Assembly: GCF_057098645.1 (NCBI RefSeq)
Contig: NZ_CM169472.1
Length of the DNA stretch: 64,000 bases
Strand: one strand, 5' to 3'
Shown piece by piece: positions 15,321-24,614 of the stretch. The translations under genes were made by a program, and so were the position numbers. Each line of letters starts with the position of its first letter. The first letter of the stretch is position 1. A model generated the notes under the pieces. It saw only the letters and a list, made by a program, of their open reading frames with translations. It was not told where the DNA came from and searched no databases.

Positions 15321-16982
15321 TTACACCCCGCTAAATTCTTCCAGTTTCTGGCGGTGGCTGTCGCTTATATCAAAAGCAAAATCCTCATGCTCTGCCTGGA
15401 ATGTACCAAACGCCATCAGCGCCGCCACGCTCGGGTCTATCTTGTTCGGTGATTTTTTCTTGTTCGGCTTGATATTGGCGTTCGCGTCACTCTGCATCAC
15501 GACGTTACTCATCGACCAGGACAACACCGGATCGCTACGATGCACAATCACCCTGCGGTTAACAAAAACTTCGAACGATTTCGCCGCCGGACTGAATCTG
15601 AGGTAGGTTTGCGGGAACGGCTCCACCTCAAAGCCTGCCCCCTGTAATTGCGTCCTGAGATGCGTGGCGTTCCACGTATCAAAGCCCACCAGCCTGATAT
15701 TAAATTTCTCCGCATCCTGCATGATGTCATCTCTGATCCGGTCGTAATCAATGCAGTCACCTGGCGTTGTGCGTATCCAGCCCGCTTTAGCCCACTGGCG
15801 ATAGACAGCGCGGTTTTTATTGGCGGGGTTCTGTAGCTGGAACTCCGGCAGATAATGACGGGAAACCAGCATGATATTTTTACCGACCGGAAAGGCATAG
15901 CACACGCTGGAAATATCGCTGGTTGATGATAAGTCCAGCCCCGCGTAACACTCCTGCCCGTGTAAATCTTCCTCCGTGAACGTTCCGGCACACTCAGCCC
16001 ATGCGCCGTTACCCATCCACGGGGTAGCCCCCTGGCACCAGATATTAAATCGCTTTGTCATCATCTCCACCCATTGCGACGGAATACCCCGCGCTTTCTG
16101 GATGGTTGAGGCCAGTTTTTCACGATCCACGGAAACATCGATGTTAGGGTTAGCCTTTATCCACATCGCCGGATCATCAACCTCGTTTTCGTCGTCCAGT
16201 TCGTAAATCAGTACAAAAATTGAATCGTTGACCTCTTCGCCGTCCAGGATCTGGCAGCAATAATCATAGTGCTGCTTACAGGCTGAAACGACGTTACTGC
16301 CCGATGTGGTAATGGCAAATAACAGCCCTTCGGGACGTGCGCCCATCCCCAGCTCAAGCGCGGAATAAACGCCGTTATCGGGGTGTAGGTGGTATTCGTC
16401 CACGATGGAAAGGCTTGGGTTTGTGCCCTCGATGGTTGCCGCTTTTGCTGCCAGCGGCTTTAACAGGCTGTTGCTTTTCGGGTGCATCACCTTGTGGGCC
16501 TGAATATTCACCCGCCTGCGTAACGGTCGGGATAAAAGGCACATCTGACGCGCATCATCAAAAACGATCCGCGCCTGGTCACGGCTCACCGCTGCGGTGT
16601 AAATATCCTGCTGCCCGTTCTCCATAATCAGAAACCAGTTAGCCAGAATCGCGGCGGTCGTGGATTTCGCATTTTTGCGCGGCACTTCGATAAAGGCGCT
16701 CGTGTATTTGCGCCGTCCGGTGGCCTTAACCTTAAAGCCGAGGATGCACGCAAAGGCGAACTGCTGCCACGGCTCCAGCTCAATGGGTCTGCCACGCATC
16801 GGTCCTTTTACGTGCGGGCACACCCTGGAAAAGGCAATAAACCGCTCCACAACCTCACGATCGAACGTGTAAAGGGGGCTTTTAAGGTCCGAAAAGTACC
16901 GTTTAACAGCCTGTTTTAACCGTTTACAGGCCGGAATTTTGCCCGTTTTTACGTCTTCTGCGTACTTATTCCAGGCGGTCAA
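15321..16982 (-). CDS. terL: Terminase large subunit (553 aa)
   Basis: Size and position after TerS; ATPase and nuclease regions typical of phage TerL. Confidence 0.85.
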   Translation of the reverse strand: MTAWNKYAEDVKTGKIPACKRLKQAVKRYFSDLKSPLYTFDREVVERFIAFSRVCPHVKGPMRGRPIELEPWQQFAFACILGFKVKATGRRKYTSAFIEVPRKNAKSTTAAILANWFLIMENGQQDIYTAAVSRDQARIVFDDARQMCLLSRPLRRRVNIQAHKVMHPKSNSLLKPLAAKAATIEGTNPSLSIVDEYHLHPDNGVYSALELGMGARPEGLLFAITTSGSNVVSACKQHYDYCCQILDGEEVNDSIFVLIYELDDENEVDDPAMWIKANPNIDVSVDREKLASTIQKARGIPSQWVEMMTKRFNIWCQGATPWMGNGAWAECAGTFTEEDLHGQECYAGLDLSSTSDISSVCYAFPVGKNIMLVSRHYLPEFQLQNPANKNRAVYRQWAKAGWIRTTPGDCIDYDRIRDDIMQDAEKFNIRLVGFDTWNATHLRTQLQGAGFEVEPFPQTYLRFSPAAKSFEVFVNRRVIVHRSDPVLSWSMSNVVMQSDANANIKPNKKKSPNKIDPSVAALMAFGTFQAEHEDFAFDISDSHRQKLEEFSGV

Positions 16983-17322
16983 GCTCGTCCTCTTCTTCTG
17001 TTTCCGGTGGATTTTTACGGCGGCTTATCGGGTCAAAACCGAGCAAGGAGGCCATTTTTATCATCACTCTTTCAGCGTCGGATTTTGCGCTTAATGCGGG
17101 GTTTCTGCTCTCGCCGCCCTGACTGTTAACAATGCTGAACCCGCGCGCCGCAAGGTCTGCAACGGCTTTCCGGTAAATGGAGTAGTTGACGCAATACAGT
17201 TCCAGATTGCTCCAGTCGGCGGGGGTCAGGTCTCCCCGTTCCGCAAGCTGCCGCGATTTTTCCCGCCACTGCTTCACGGCGATATCATCCAGGTAGGCGG
17301 GGGCTTTCGGTGGTCTTGCCAT
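16966..17322 (-). CDS. terS: Terminase small subunit, P27-family-like (118 aa)
   Basis: Small acidic-C-terminus protein overlapping terL start, downstream of an HNH gene. Confidence 0.75.
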   Translation of the reverse strand: MARPPKAPAYLDDIAVKQWREKSRQLAERGDLTPADWSNLELYCVNYSIYRKAVADLAARGFSIVNSQGGESRNPALSAKSDAERVMIKMASLLGFDPISRRKNPPETEEEDELDRLE

Positions 17323-17444
17323 GCTTATTTTTCGTCAGATTATTTTTCAAAAAATTCCCGTGCATAAAAATTTGAGGAGGCGTTCGGTGCCCGGCGGGGT
17401 CGGGTTTGTCCTGAAAACGCCCCCCACCCCGTCATACAGCCTCA

Positions 17445-17669
17445 TCAGCGATTGCGGAAACATTCCATAACCTCGCGGTCACGGTCGGTTAATCGCTTCG
17501 CTGTGATGCGTTCTGCGCGTCCTGACGCTTTATCTTTATGCCCTGTTTCCTGTGTCTTCCATGCGTCACGCTGCCTTATAAGTCCACGGATAAGGCGGTT
17601 TTGTTCCCGCTCATTCATCAGCGTCATACATCCAGTTATTGCGGTTAGCGGCCCGTTCTTCCTCTTCAT
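17445..17669 (-). CDS. Hypothetical basic protein (74 aa) overlapping the 3-prime end of the HNH gene
   Basis: ATG at 17669 preceded by AGGTGG Shine-Dalgarno (5-nt spacer); out of frame with HNH; start uncertain. Confidence 0.4.
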   Translation of the reverse strand: MKRKNGPLTAITGCMTLMNEREQNRLIRGLIRQRDAWKTQETGHKDKASGRAERITAKRLTDRDREVMECFRNR

Positions 17670-18051
17670 GAAATCCACCTGCGGCACGCTTGCTTTTTGT
17701 TGCCGGATCAAGCCATTTCGTTTTCTGGTTATGACACGCCTGGCACAATGGTTGATGGTTCCATTCGGGCCAGAAGAGAACATCATCACCGCCATTAATC
17801 GGGATAATGTGATCCACCACCACGGCGGGCGTATATATCCCCTTCTCAAGGCATCGCACGCATAACGGGTTTTTACTCAGATACATGGCGCGGTATTTGT
17901 CCCACTGTCTGGAGTACCCACGCGCGCGGCGGTGTCCTCGTCTGGCATCCTCTGCACGCCATGCCGCCCGCCTGTGCTCCTCACACTTGCCGGACTTCAC
18001 GCGCCTGTTACAGCCTGGTTCTGTGCATCGTCTTAATGGTTGCCACGGCAT
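17611..18051 (-). CDS. HNH endonuclease (146 aa), packaging-associated
   Basis: Cys/His-rich motifs (CxxC ... HIIPINGGDD ... CQACHNQK); located just upstream of terS as in HNH-dependent cos packaging. Confidence 0.85.
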   Translation of the reverse strand: MPWQPLRRCTEPGCNRRVKSGKCEEHRRAAWRAEDARRGHRRARGYSRQWDKYRAMYLSKNPLCVRCLEKGIYTPAVVVDHIIPINGGDDVLFWPEWNHQPLCQACHNQKTKWLDPATKSKRAAGGFHEEEERAANRNNWMYDADE

Positions 18052-18347
18052 CAGTACACCCCCACATCACGGTAAGCCGTCCAGAGCGCGCCAATCGTCA
18101 TGGGTACGCGCGTTTTTGCGTTATCCGCTACCAGCTGGCGATTCTCGTACAGGTGAGCGATAAACATCATGCAGCCAATCTTTATGGCTGGCGTGAACTC
18201 CAGCCCGTCATCAAAGCGCCTGCCTATATGTATCTGGCACGCCTCAAGCGATGCGGCAATGTATCCGCTGATTAACTGGTCTTCCTCGTCGCCATCGATG
18301 CGGCAATGGAGTTTCACTTCTTCCAGGGTGATAAGTTCTTCTGTCAT
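18051..18347 (-). CDS. Head-tail connector protein, gp6-like (98 aa)
   Basis: Size, position and sequence character of phage gp6-like connector proteins. Confidence 0.65.
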   Translation of the reverse strand: MTEELITLEEVKLHCRIDGDEEDQLISGYIAASLEACQIHIGRRFDDGLEFTPAIKIGCMMFIAHLYENRQLVADNAKTRVPMTIGALWTAYRDVGVY

Positions 18348-18682
18348 TTTTCCGCGCCCTCACGACAAAGAATTTCAAGGCGTGTCCTGGCGGCATCCGG
18401 CAGCGGCTGCCCGATGATATTCAGTACACGCCCCGCCAGCGGCCCCGTACTGACCTTTATCCGGCTGGTGGCGTTGATGTCCTTCCGGTACCGTATCCAG
18501 ATCCTTACGGTACCAATCGCCAGCTCTGCACCCGATGAAATGGCCTCCTTGCTGCTGATCATGTTCACGCTTGCCCAGAGTGTGTGACCGTCCTCCCACG
18601 TTTCGAGTATTTCGCCGGTTATATCCCTGGTCTGTTTCAGGGTCTGAATCGTTACCCTGTCACGCAGTCGCCCTATGTTCAT
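18344..18682 (-). CDS. Head-tail adaptor / head closure protein (112 aa from MNIGRL)
   Basis: MNIGRLRDRVTIQ... typical of head-tail adaptor family; starts 4 nt inside the portal 3-prime end. Confidence 0.65.
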   Translation of the reverse strand: MNIGRLRDRVTIQTLKQTRDITGEILETWEDGHTLWASVNMISSKEAISSGAELAIGTVRIWIRYRKDINATSRIKVSTGPLAGRVLNIIGQPLPDAARTRLEILCREGAEK

Positions 18683-19890
18683 TCCGGTTTTTCTCCCTCG
18701 CTGATTTTTACTTCCTGTTTCCATGCCTGGCTGAACTCATCACCACCATCACGCGGGGACAGCCCTTCACGTTCGCGGGCTTCGTTCGGGCACATAACGC
18801 CGGATTTGATGCCGCGTTCATAGGTGGCAAAGCGTTCGCCAGGTGTGGCCCGTAACAGGTCCGCGCTGTCAAACTCCACCTGATACCGGATACCAGGTAC
18901 AGGCGAGGCCACCAGCAGGGCGTTTTTTATCTGCTGCTCAAAGTTCGCCAGCCACGGGCGCATCGTCATGGTGAGAAATGCGCGGCTTGCCTCGCTGAAA
19001 TTGCTGTAGGTGCTGTTGCTGTATTCCTGCAAAAAAATCGGCGAGACGTTGAACATTCGGGCGATGTCTTCAATGGTGAAGCGACGGGAGGCCAGCCATT
19101 CAGCATCCTGATTACTCATGCCCAGCTGCTGATAGCTCATACCCCCTTCAAGGATGGGCGTTTTTCCGGCGTTTCTGGCCCCTTTGTAGCGTTCCAGTGC
19201 GGCTAATGCCTGTTTGCCCTTCACGCCGTCCAGCCATTCGCCTGACGTGATAACCCCTGCCGCCATCATGCCATCACGCATCACGCTCGCGCCGTGGCGT
19301 TGTTGGGCCAGCCCAAGCCCCAGCGATTCGCGGCAGATGGTTACAGGTGAGCGCCCCATAAAACCGTCATCCGTGGAGTAACGAAGGTGGAGAACCTCCC
19401 ACGGTAAATAGTTGCGGGTGTTTCCGGTGTAGGCGTCAGTGATGCAGTAGCGCCAGTTGTGTTCGCCTGTCTGCTCCACGTTCACCGACTGCGGCGGGTA
19501 AGGATGTAAAGCCACCGGAAAACCATCACGCCCCCACTGAATCACCGCATAAGCATTACCGTTTAACAGGCAGTGGCGGATCATCATTCGCTTAAACTGG
19601 TAGGGAGTCTGCCACGCGTTCGGGCGCTCGTTGAGGATGTGATCGACCGGATGAGAATCAAGCCACTCTCGGGCCTCCTTCCCCTTCTCATTGCGTACCA
19701 GGTACAGGTAACACGGCATGGTAGCCACCGCCTCAGAGATGACCGTGACGGCGTTCATGACGGCGGGCAGTGATTCCGCTGTCCCCGATGATACGTACTC
19801 ACCCGCCCCCGTGTTCGATGTGCCAGCCAGCGCCATAAACTCATCAAGCGTCATGCTGCGCTGCTCTTTTTTTCTTCTGAAAGGCCACAT
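18679..19890 (-). CDS. Portal protein, HK97 family (403 aa)
   Basis: Size and position between prohead protease and connector genes. Confidence 0.8.
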   Translation of the reverse strand: MWPFRRKKEQRSMTLDEFMALAGTSNTGAGEYVSSGTAESLPAVMNAVTVISEAVATMPCYLYLVRNEKGKEAREWLDSHPVDHILNERPNAWQTPYQFKRMMIRHCLLNGNAYAVIQWGRDGFPVALHPYPPQSVNVEQTGEHNWRYCITDAYTGNTRNYLPWEVLHLRYSTDDGFMGRSPVTICRESLGLGLAQQRHGASVMRDGMMAAGVITSGEWLDGVKGKQALAALERYKGARNAGKTPILEGGMSYQQLGMSNQDAEWLASRRFTIEDIARMFNVSPIFLQEYSNSTYSNFSEASRAFLTMTMRPWLANFEQQIKNALLVASPVPGIRYQVEFDSADLLRATPGERFATYERGIKSGVMCPNEAREREGLSPRDGGDEFSQAWKQEVKISEGEKPE

Positions 19891-19891
19891 A

Positions 19892-20464
19892 TCACACCCC
19901 CGCTAAATCCGCCCACCAGCGGCGATTATCCGCACGCGGCATTTTTTCGGGGTGCTGCTCATACAGGGAACGGCGGGCCAGCTCCACGCCGGAATCGGGG
20001 TAAGCCGGTACCGATGTAACGGTAATTTCGTACAGTTCCGCCACCAGCACGGTGCGCACGCATGGATCTGTTGTGGTATCCCATACATCCTTACGGGAGC
20101 GAAAGCCAAAGCTCATCCCCGAGATGTCCCCACGCTTAACCAGTTCGATAACGTCGCGCCCTGTACTGGTATCCGGTGGGGTCAGTTCAAAGCGTAACCC
20201 TGTTTCGTCCTCTTCCAGTTTCAGCGTGCCGGAACGGGTGCGCCCCAGTAACATGCTGTGGTCATGCTCATACAGGCCGCGAACGTCATTACCCGCCGCA
20301 AGCCATTCAGTAAACGCTCCCCGCTGGAATTTTTCGTAAAACTCACCCCATAGCAGATCAGAAAGGTTATCCCAGCGAACAACGTAGCCTGTAAGCGTGT
20401 TGCTGGCGCTGGTGGTGATTTCCGATGACCGGATTTCCATACTCTTCATAATTTTTTCACCCAT
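19892..20464 (-). CDS. Prohead maturation protease, HK97 family (190 aa)
   Basis: Size and position between major capsid and portal genes. Confidence 0.8.
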   Translation of the reverse strand: MGEKIMKSMEIRSSEITTSASNTLTGYVVRWDNLSDLLWGEFYEKFQRGAFTEWLAAGNDVRGLYEHDHSMLLGRTRSGTLKLEEDETGLRFELTPPDTSTGRDVIELVKRGDISGMSFGFRSRKDVWDTTTDPCVRTVLVAELYEITVTSVPAYPDSGVELARRSLYEQHPEKMPRADNRRWWADLAGV

Positions 20465-20503
20465 AAAACACTAAAGGGGCTTTTAAGCCCCTTCTGTATG
20501 CTG

Positions 20504-21661
20504 TTAATCGTCGTCTTCCGGCAGTTCCAGAATCTTGATCGCGTTCGAATCCACCACGCCACCGCCTAAATATTTTTGCGTGAAAATTTTGATGAATCCT
20601 GGTTCTGTCAGGTTGTCCGGTCTGGTGCGAACACCTGTTTCGTGATCAACAATGTAGTAACCGCGTTTGAAGTCACCCAGGGCAATAACGTTATCAGGCA
20701 TAAACTCCAGATATTCGACCGGAAGGCCCAGCAACGTATCAGGATCACCCGCCTGTAAACGGTCGCGCCAGATATAATCACCGTTCGCGTTCTTCACCTT
20801 CTGAAGTTTTGCCGCCGTCGTGGAGTTAACCACCCAGACCGCGTTTTTGCGGTATTTTTTACGTAATGCAAATTTCAGGTCGATCAGCGGGTCCGCAGAT
20901 GTCCACGCCAGAGATTCGGAAGGTTTAATTACCTGCAACGTACCAAAATCACGCTCTTTGTCGTTCTTCTCTGCACGGGGTACGGATAAAAAACCTTTTG
21001 CTTTTTTGTCACCGTCGCCCACAACCAGATCGCTTTCTTCGGTTTCCGTGAAGGTGTCGCCAATCTCACCCGTCAGCCATGAAAGGATGTCCACATCGGA
21101 AAAATCCACGATTTCCTGTGTGGTGCGCGGGTACGCATAGACCGGATACAGCTTGATGCTCACCTCGTTAATCTGCGGGGTGCTGGTCTGTTCGCGTGCC
21201 TTACCCTCTTCACCGTGGTTAACGGTCGCACCGCCAGCGGAAACAAGCTGCTTAAACTCGTTGCTGCTGATTTTCTTCACGGTACAGATGCGGCGCATGG
21301 TGGATTCATCCGCCAGCATTCGCATGATTTCGGTGTTCAGTTCAGGGATAACGGTATAACCACCATCAGCGGGAACGCCTGTACTTAATGCGCGGGTTTC
21401 ACCTGTCAGAATGTAGTTGCGGAGTTCTGCGGGGTCAGTGGTCTGACTGCTTTTACCTGGCTTGCTGCGCTCTTCGTCTGCAATGGCTTCAAGGCGGGAA
21501 ATGTCTTTATCGAGGGATTCAGCTTTAGCGCGTAATTCGTCAAATTTTGCGCCCTCTGCATCGTTAAGGCTGCGGTTTTCTTTTTCCGCGTTCTCCAGCA
21601 TGTCGCGCATCTGATTTTTAATGGCGGTTTTCTGCTGGCGTAATTCGATTATTCTCGGCAT
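20504..21661 (-). CDS. Major capsid protein, HK97 fold, with N-terminal coiled-coil scaffolding (delta) domain
   Basis: Start taken at MPRIIELRQQ (ATG 21661) because the upstream codons of the 21706 ORF form a terminator hairpin; coiled-coil N-terminus then MCP-like body. Confidence 0.85.
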   Translation of the reverse strand: MPRIIELRQQKTAIKNQMRDMLENAEKENRSLNDAEGAKFDELRAKAESLDKDISRLEAIADEERSKPGKSSQTTDPAELRNYILTGETRALSTGVPADGGYTVIPELNTEIMRMLADESTMRRICTVKKISSNEFKQLVSAGGATVNHGEEGKAREQTSTPQINEVSIKLYPVYAYPRTTQEIVDFSDVDILSWLTGEIGDTFTETEESDLVVGDGDKKAKGFLSVPRAEKNDKERDFGTLQVIKPSESLAWTSADPLIDLKFALRKKYRKNAVWVVNSTTAAKLQKVKNANGDYIWRDRLQAGDPDTLLGLPVEYLEFMPDNVIALGDFKRGYYIVDHETGVRTRPDNLTEPGFIKIFTQKYLGGGVVDSNAIKILELPEDDD

Positions 21662-21699
21662 AAAAAAAAGTCCTGGGGTTAAGTAAGGAACTCCAGGAC
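21662..21699 (-). terminator. Intrinsic terminator immediately upstream of the capsid start codon
   Basis: Minus-strand RNA: GUCCUGG(AGUU)...(AACC)CCAGGAC stem followed by U8 and then AUG. Confidence 0.55.
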
Positions 21700-21751
21700 G
21701 CGGCAAACACTCAACCGTTTTTCATAAGGAAATCAGTAATCGCACCGATCG

Positions 21752-21801
21752 TTTTCCCGCCTGGTAATGAATATTGGCGAGCACATTAACAGGCGGGAAA
21801 A
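21752..21801 (-). promoter_or_regulatory. Long perfect hairpin in the capsid-operon leader (12-bp stem TTTTCCCGCCTG/CAGGCGGGAAAA, 26-nt loop)
   Basis: Inverted repeat read directly from the sequence. Confidence 0.45.
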
Positions 21802-21876
21802 TGGCCCCAGCGTCCTGGCACCACGGGCGAGAATAATCATGATTCAGTTCGGGTAAAATATGCCGATCCACTCAGT

Positions 21877-21906
21877 GAACAACGTGGAACAACCACGAAC
21901 AAATAA
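21877..21906 (+). promoter_or_regulatory. Third copy of the AACAACGTGGAACAA-N4-GAACAA motif, in the capsid-operon leader
   Basis: Same motif as at both island ends (14481-14508, 32483-32510). Confidence 0.35.
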
Positions 21907-21920
21907 TTTACAAAACATGA

Positions 21921-21943
21921 CAAAAAGCCGGATTGCTCCGGCT
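21921..21943 (-). terminator. Intrinsic terminator after the PerC-like gene
   Basis: Minus-strand AGCCGGA-GCAA-TCCGGCU hairpin followed by UUUUU. Confidence 0.5.
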
Positions 21944-21949
21944 GTGTGA

Positions 21950-22222
21950 TTATCTGTCCTGGTAATTTCGCCATATTTCATCACCAGCACCATCCATACC
22001 CATTTCGGCATAAGTGCGATCGACCGCCTTTTTCAGGTCTCCGTAATTATCCGGCGGCTCCGGTGGCCTCTGTGCCTTCCTGGAACATTCCAGCCGTCGC
22101 ATCGTGATATGATGCCGTTCCTTGTCTGTCTCCACCAGCTGCATGACTTCACCCCATCGCGCCGCCGCCCTCCGGTAAAAGCCTTTCGCCTCCAGTTCCT
22201 CCGCTATGCGGTCATGTACCAT
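21950..22222 (-). CDS. Small regulator, possibly PerC-family (90 aa from MVHDRIAEEL)
   Basis: ATG 22222 with GGGGGTGA Shine-Dalgarno, 11 nt after the ssb stop; FYRRAAARW motif reminiscent of PerC-like activators; family assignment is tentative. Confidence 0.4.
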   Translation of the reverse strand: MVHDRIAEELEAKGFYRRAAARWGEVMQLVETDKERHHITMRRLECSRKAQRPPEPPDNYGDLKKAVDRTYAEMGMDGAGDEIWRNYQDR

Positions 22223-22232
22223 CGTCACCCCC

Positions 22233-22643
22233 TCAGAACGAAATATCATCACCGTAAGGGTCATCGCCTCCCGCTGGTGGCTGATTACCCTGTGTGCCTG
22301 TGGTTTTGCGTCTGTTCCCGCCTGGACGTGCCGCGCGGGCACTGATTACGCTGTCTGCGATAACCTGCCAGCCCTGCCGCGTTTCTCCGTTCTGTCCGGT
22401 CCACTGGCTGACCTGCATCGTGCCGGATACGCTGGCAACATCGCCTTTTTGATGTTTAGCCAGGAAGTCGGCCTGTTTGCCAAATGCGATGACCGATAAC
22501 CATAACGTCGCCTGTCCGTCCTGTGCCTGGCTGCATGGCAAAGATACCGCCATACGCGCCAGCGTCATCGGTGTGCCCTTGCTGGTCTGTTTTACCTGCG
22601 GGTCGTCCACCAGCCGCCCGTAAGCGGCTATCTGTGCCGTCAT
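22233..22643 (-). CDS. ssb: Single-stranded DNA-binding protein (136 aa)
   Basis: OB-fold region plus Gly/Pro-rich tail ending with acidic DDISF-like C-terminus. Confidence 0.75.
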   Translation of the reverse strand: MTAQIAAYGRLVDDPQVKQTSKGTPMTLARMAVSLPCSQAQDGQATLWLSVIAFGKQADFLAKHQKGDVASVSGTMQVSQWTGQNGETRQGWQVIADSVISARAARPGGNRRKTTGTQGNQPPAGGDDPYGDDISF

Positions 22644-22891
22644 AATTCCACCTCTCCGGTTTTAACGTTGATGGTTGTTACCTGTTCCGCTTCGGCAATC
22701 TCCCGTTCTGTCAGCGTGGCAAAGTTTGCCGCCGCCGTGGTCATGAATGCGCTTATCAGGTCGGGATGTTCCTTCGCGTATCCTTCCCGCGTGTGGCGGT
22801 CTATCGTTCTGATTGCCACCTTTAAGGTGTGCTCAGTCATGTCTAACGCTTTATATTTTGGCTCTGTTCTGTCTCTGCGTTTTTGGGTCAT
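22640..22891 (-). CDS. Hypothetical protein (83 aa from MTQKRRDRTEP)
   Basis: ORF between ori and ssb; GAGAGG Shine-Dalgarno before ATG 22891; start uncertain. Confidence 0.45.
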   Translation of the reverse strand: MTQKRRDRTEPKYKALDMTEHTLKVAIRTIDRHTREGYAKEHPDLISAFMTTAAANFATLTEREIAEAEQVTTINVKTGEVEL

Positions 22892-22903
22892 TTCTCGCAA
22901 CCT

Positions 22904-23093
22904 CTCACTTTTTCGCCTCACTTTTTCAAGCGTCTCACTTCGTCGCAGTTGGGATTTTCGGTTTTTCTATGTGTGTGTTTCATAAGTATTTTTTTACCCC
23001 TCACTTTTGAGGATGTATACAGGTCGAAAAGTGAGGGAGAGCGGGCTAATTTTGGCCCTCTTTCTATCCCCCTCGCTTTTGCTCCTCACTTTT
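22904..23093. repeat. Iteron array, candidate island replication origin
   Basis: Six direct copies of (C)CTCACTTTT and one inverted copy (AAAAGTGAGG) immediately 3-prime of the rep gene, the last overlapping the rep stop codon. Confidence 0.6.
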
Positions 23094-24492
23094 ATAGCGG
23101 CGCTACATCATCCCCATCGATACGAATAACCCCATCTTTTTCCAGCTTGTACAGCCAGCGCCGGAAGTTTTTCATTTCATACCCCAGCTTTTTCATGTCA
23201 TCACGTAACAGCGGGATCGTGCACTTGTCGCCGTTCTGTGTGCGTGAACGGATGCACCCCCATAGCGCGGTATGGTTTTCCGTCTTGTTCCCTGCCTCCT
23301 CGATGCGCTCCAGTTCAACAGGAGGGCGCGGATCATCCACCACCACCAGCGACGTGATTAATTCACCGTCAGCGTCGGTAAAAAGCTCCACCACGCGTAA
23401 GTCATATGCGGCTTCTTTGAGTTCCTCCGCGTCCTTCATTTTGGTGCATGAGATAACCAGCGCTTCGCTTCCTGCGTCCTCCCTGCGTATCCGGTATTCA
23501 GCATCCAGCGAAGCACGAAATGCACTGGAACCGCGCGCGCCTTTCGTCTCATCCTTGCCGGAATGGTGAACCACCAGCACCGTGGCCCCTGTGCGTCGTT
23601 TCAGTTCGTCACAACCACGGATAAACGCCCCCATATCACGGGAATCATTTTCATCATTCCCACCAAAGCAACGCGCCAGCGTATCCAGAATAATCATGCG
23701 TACAGGTTTACCCGTTTCCCGCTCCACCTGACGGGCAGCGATAACCATTTCATCAACATCAAGCGGGGCAGCCGGAAAGATGGGGCGGTTTACCAGATAC
23801 AGATTTTTCACCTGCTCATCGTGCACAACCTCCCAGGCTTTTACACGACGCGGAACACCTATACCGCCTTCACCAACCACATAGAGAACCGCACCATGTG
23901 CAACCCTGCGGCCTCCCCACTGGCGACCAGTGGCAACATGGCACGCCCACGATCCGGCAAGGAATGATTTATAGGACCCGCTAGCCCCGTATATGCTGCA
24001 TAGCGATACCGCCGGAATAATCCCCTTAACCACGTAATCCAGTTGCGTGTCGTATCCGGTAGATCCAACGCTCATCGGTAGCGTGGTTTTTCGCTGGTGG
24101 TTTTTTTCTTCCGCCGGCTCTTTCCCGCGCACCCGTTCCAGGTATTCGCGCCAGTTCTCCCGCATATGGTTGTGCATCCCTTCGGGGTAATAATTCGCAT
24201 CAGTTACACCCGCCGCCGCCAGCTTGTGCGCAATGGCATTAATATTTGATGGCCTGATGTGGCCTGCCTTGTACAGCCGGACACAATAGCGCCCCTCGTC
24301 GATGATTCTCAGGTCTGCCAGTTCATCCAGTTGATCATCAGCCAGCACAACGGGAGGCACATTATCGCCAGCCAGTCGCCCGTCCTGTTCCTGCCACTGT
24401 TTCGCATGTGCCCAGGCATCACTACCCGCAAAAATAATGACTTCGGTCATCTTGTCGTAAGGCTGTTTTTTTAAGTTCGGTGCGCTTTTCAT
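23092..24492 (-). CDS. Replication initiation protein (primase/helicase-like RecA-fold NTPase, 466 aa)
   Basis: Deviant Walker A (GASGSYKS) and Walker B (MIILDTLARCF) motifs; position between small-gene operon and ori as in PICI pri-rep. Confidence 0.7.
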   Translation of the reverse strand: MKSAPNLKKQPYDKMTEVIIFAGSDAWAHAKQWQEQDGRLAGDNVPPVVLADDQLDELADLRIIDEGRYCVRLYKAGHIRPSNINAIAHKLAAAGVTDANYYPEGMHNHMRENWREYLERVRGKEPAEEKNHQRKTTLPMSVGSTGYDTQLDYVVKGIIPAVSLCSIYGASGSYKSFLAGSWACHVATGRQWGGRRVAHGAVLYVVGEGGIGVPRRVKAWEVVHDEQVKNLYLVNRPIFPAAPLDVDEMVIAARQVERETGKPVRMIILDTLARCFGGNDENDSRDMGAFIRGCDELKRRTGATVLVVHHSGKDETKGARGSSAFRASLDAEYRIRREDAGSEALVISCTKMKDAEELKEAAYDLRVVELFTDADGELITSLVVVDDPRPPVELERIEEAGNKTENHTALWGCIRSRTQNGDKCTIPLLRDDMKKLGYEMKNFRRWLYKLEKDGVIRIDGDDVAPL

Positions 24493-24614
24493 TTCTTGCC
24501 CCTGAATCCGTTAACTGCGTATTCCGCTCTATTCGATCACGGATTGGCATCGAAGTCCGATCAGCGATTCGCATCCATTCGATCAACCGGGAACTTAACT
24601 TTTTCTACCGCTTT

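Noticed and set aside
17452-17865. 137-aa plus-strand ORF
   Set aside because: Antisense to the HNH endonuclease gene and the small overlapping ORF.
22904-23093. CRISPR array
   Set aside because: Repeats are 9-10 bp with irregular spacing and one inverted copy, next to a rep gene; these are iterons. No cas genes in the window.
22883-23569. 228-aa plus-strand ORF
   Set aside because: Spans the iteron array and runs antisense to rep; low-complexity Ser/Phe-rich translation typical of a repeat artefact.
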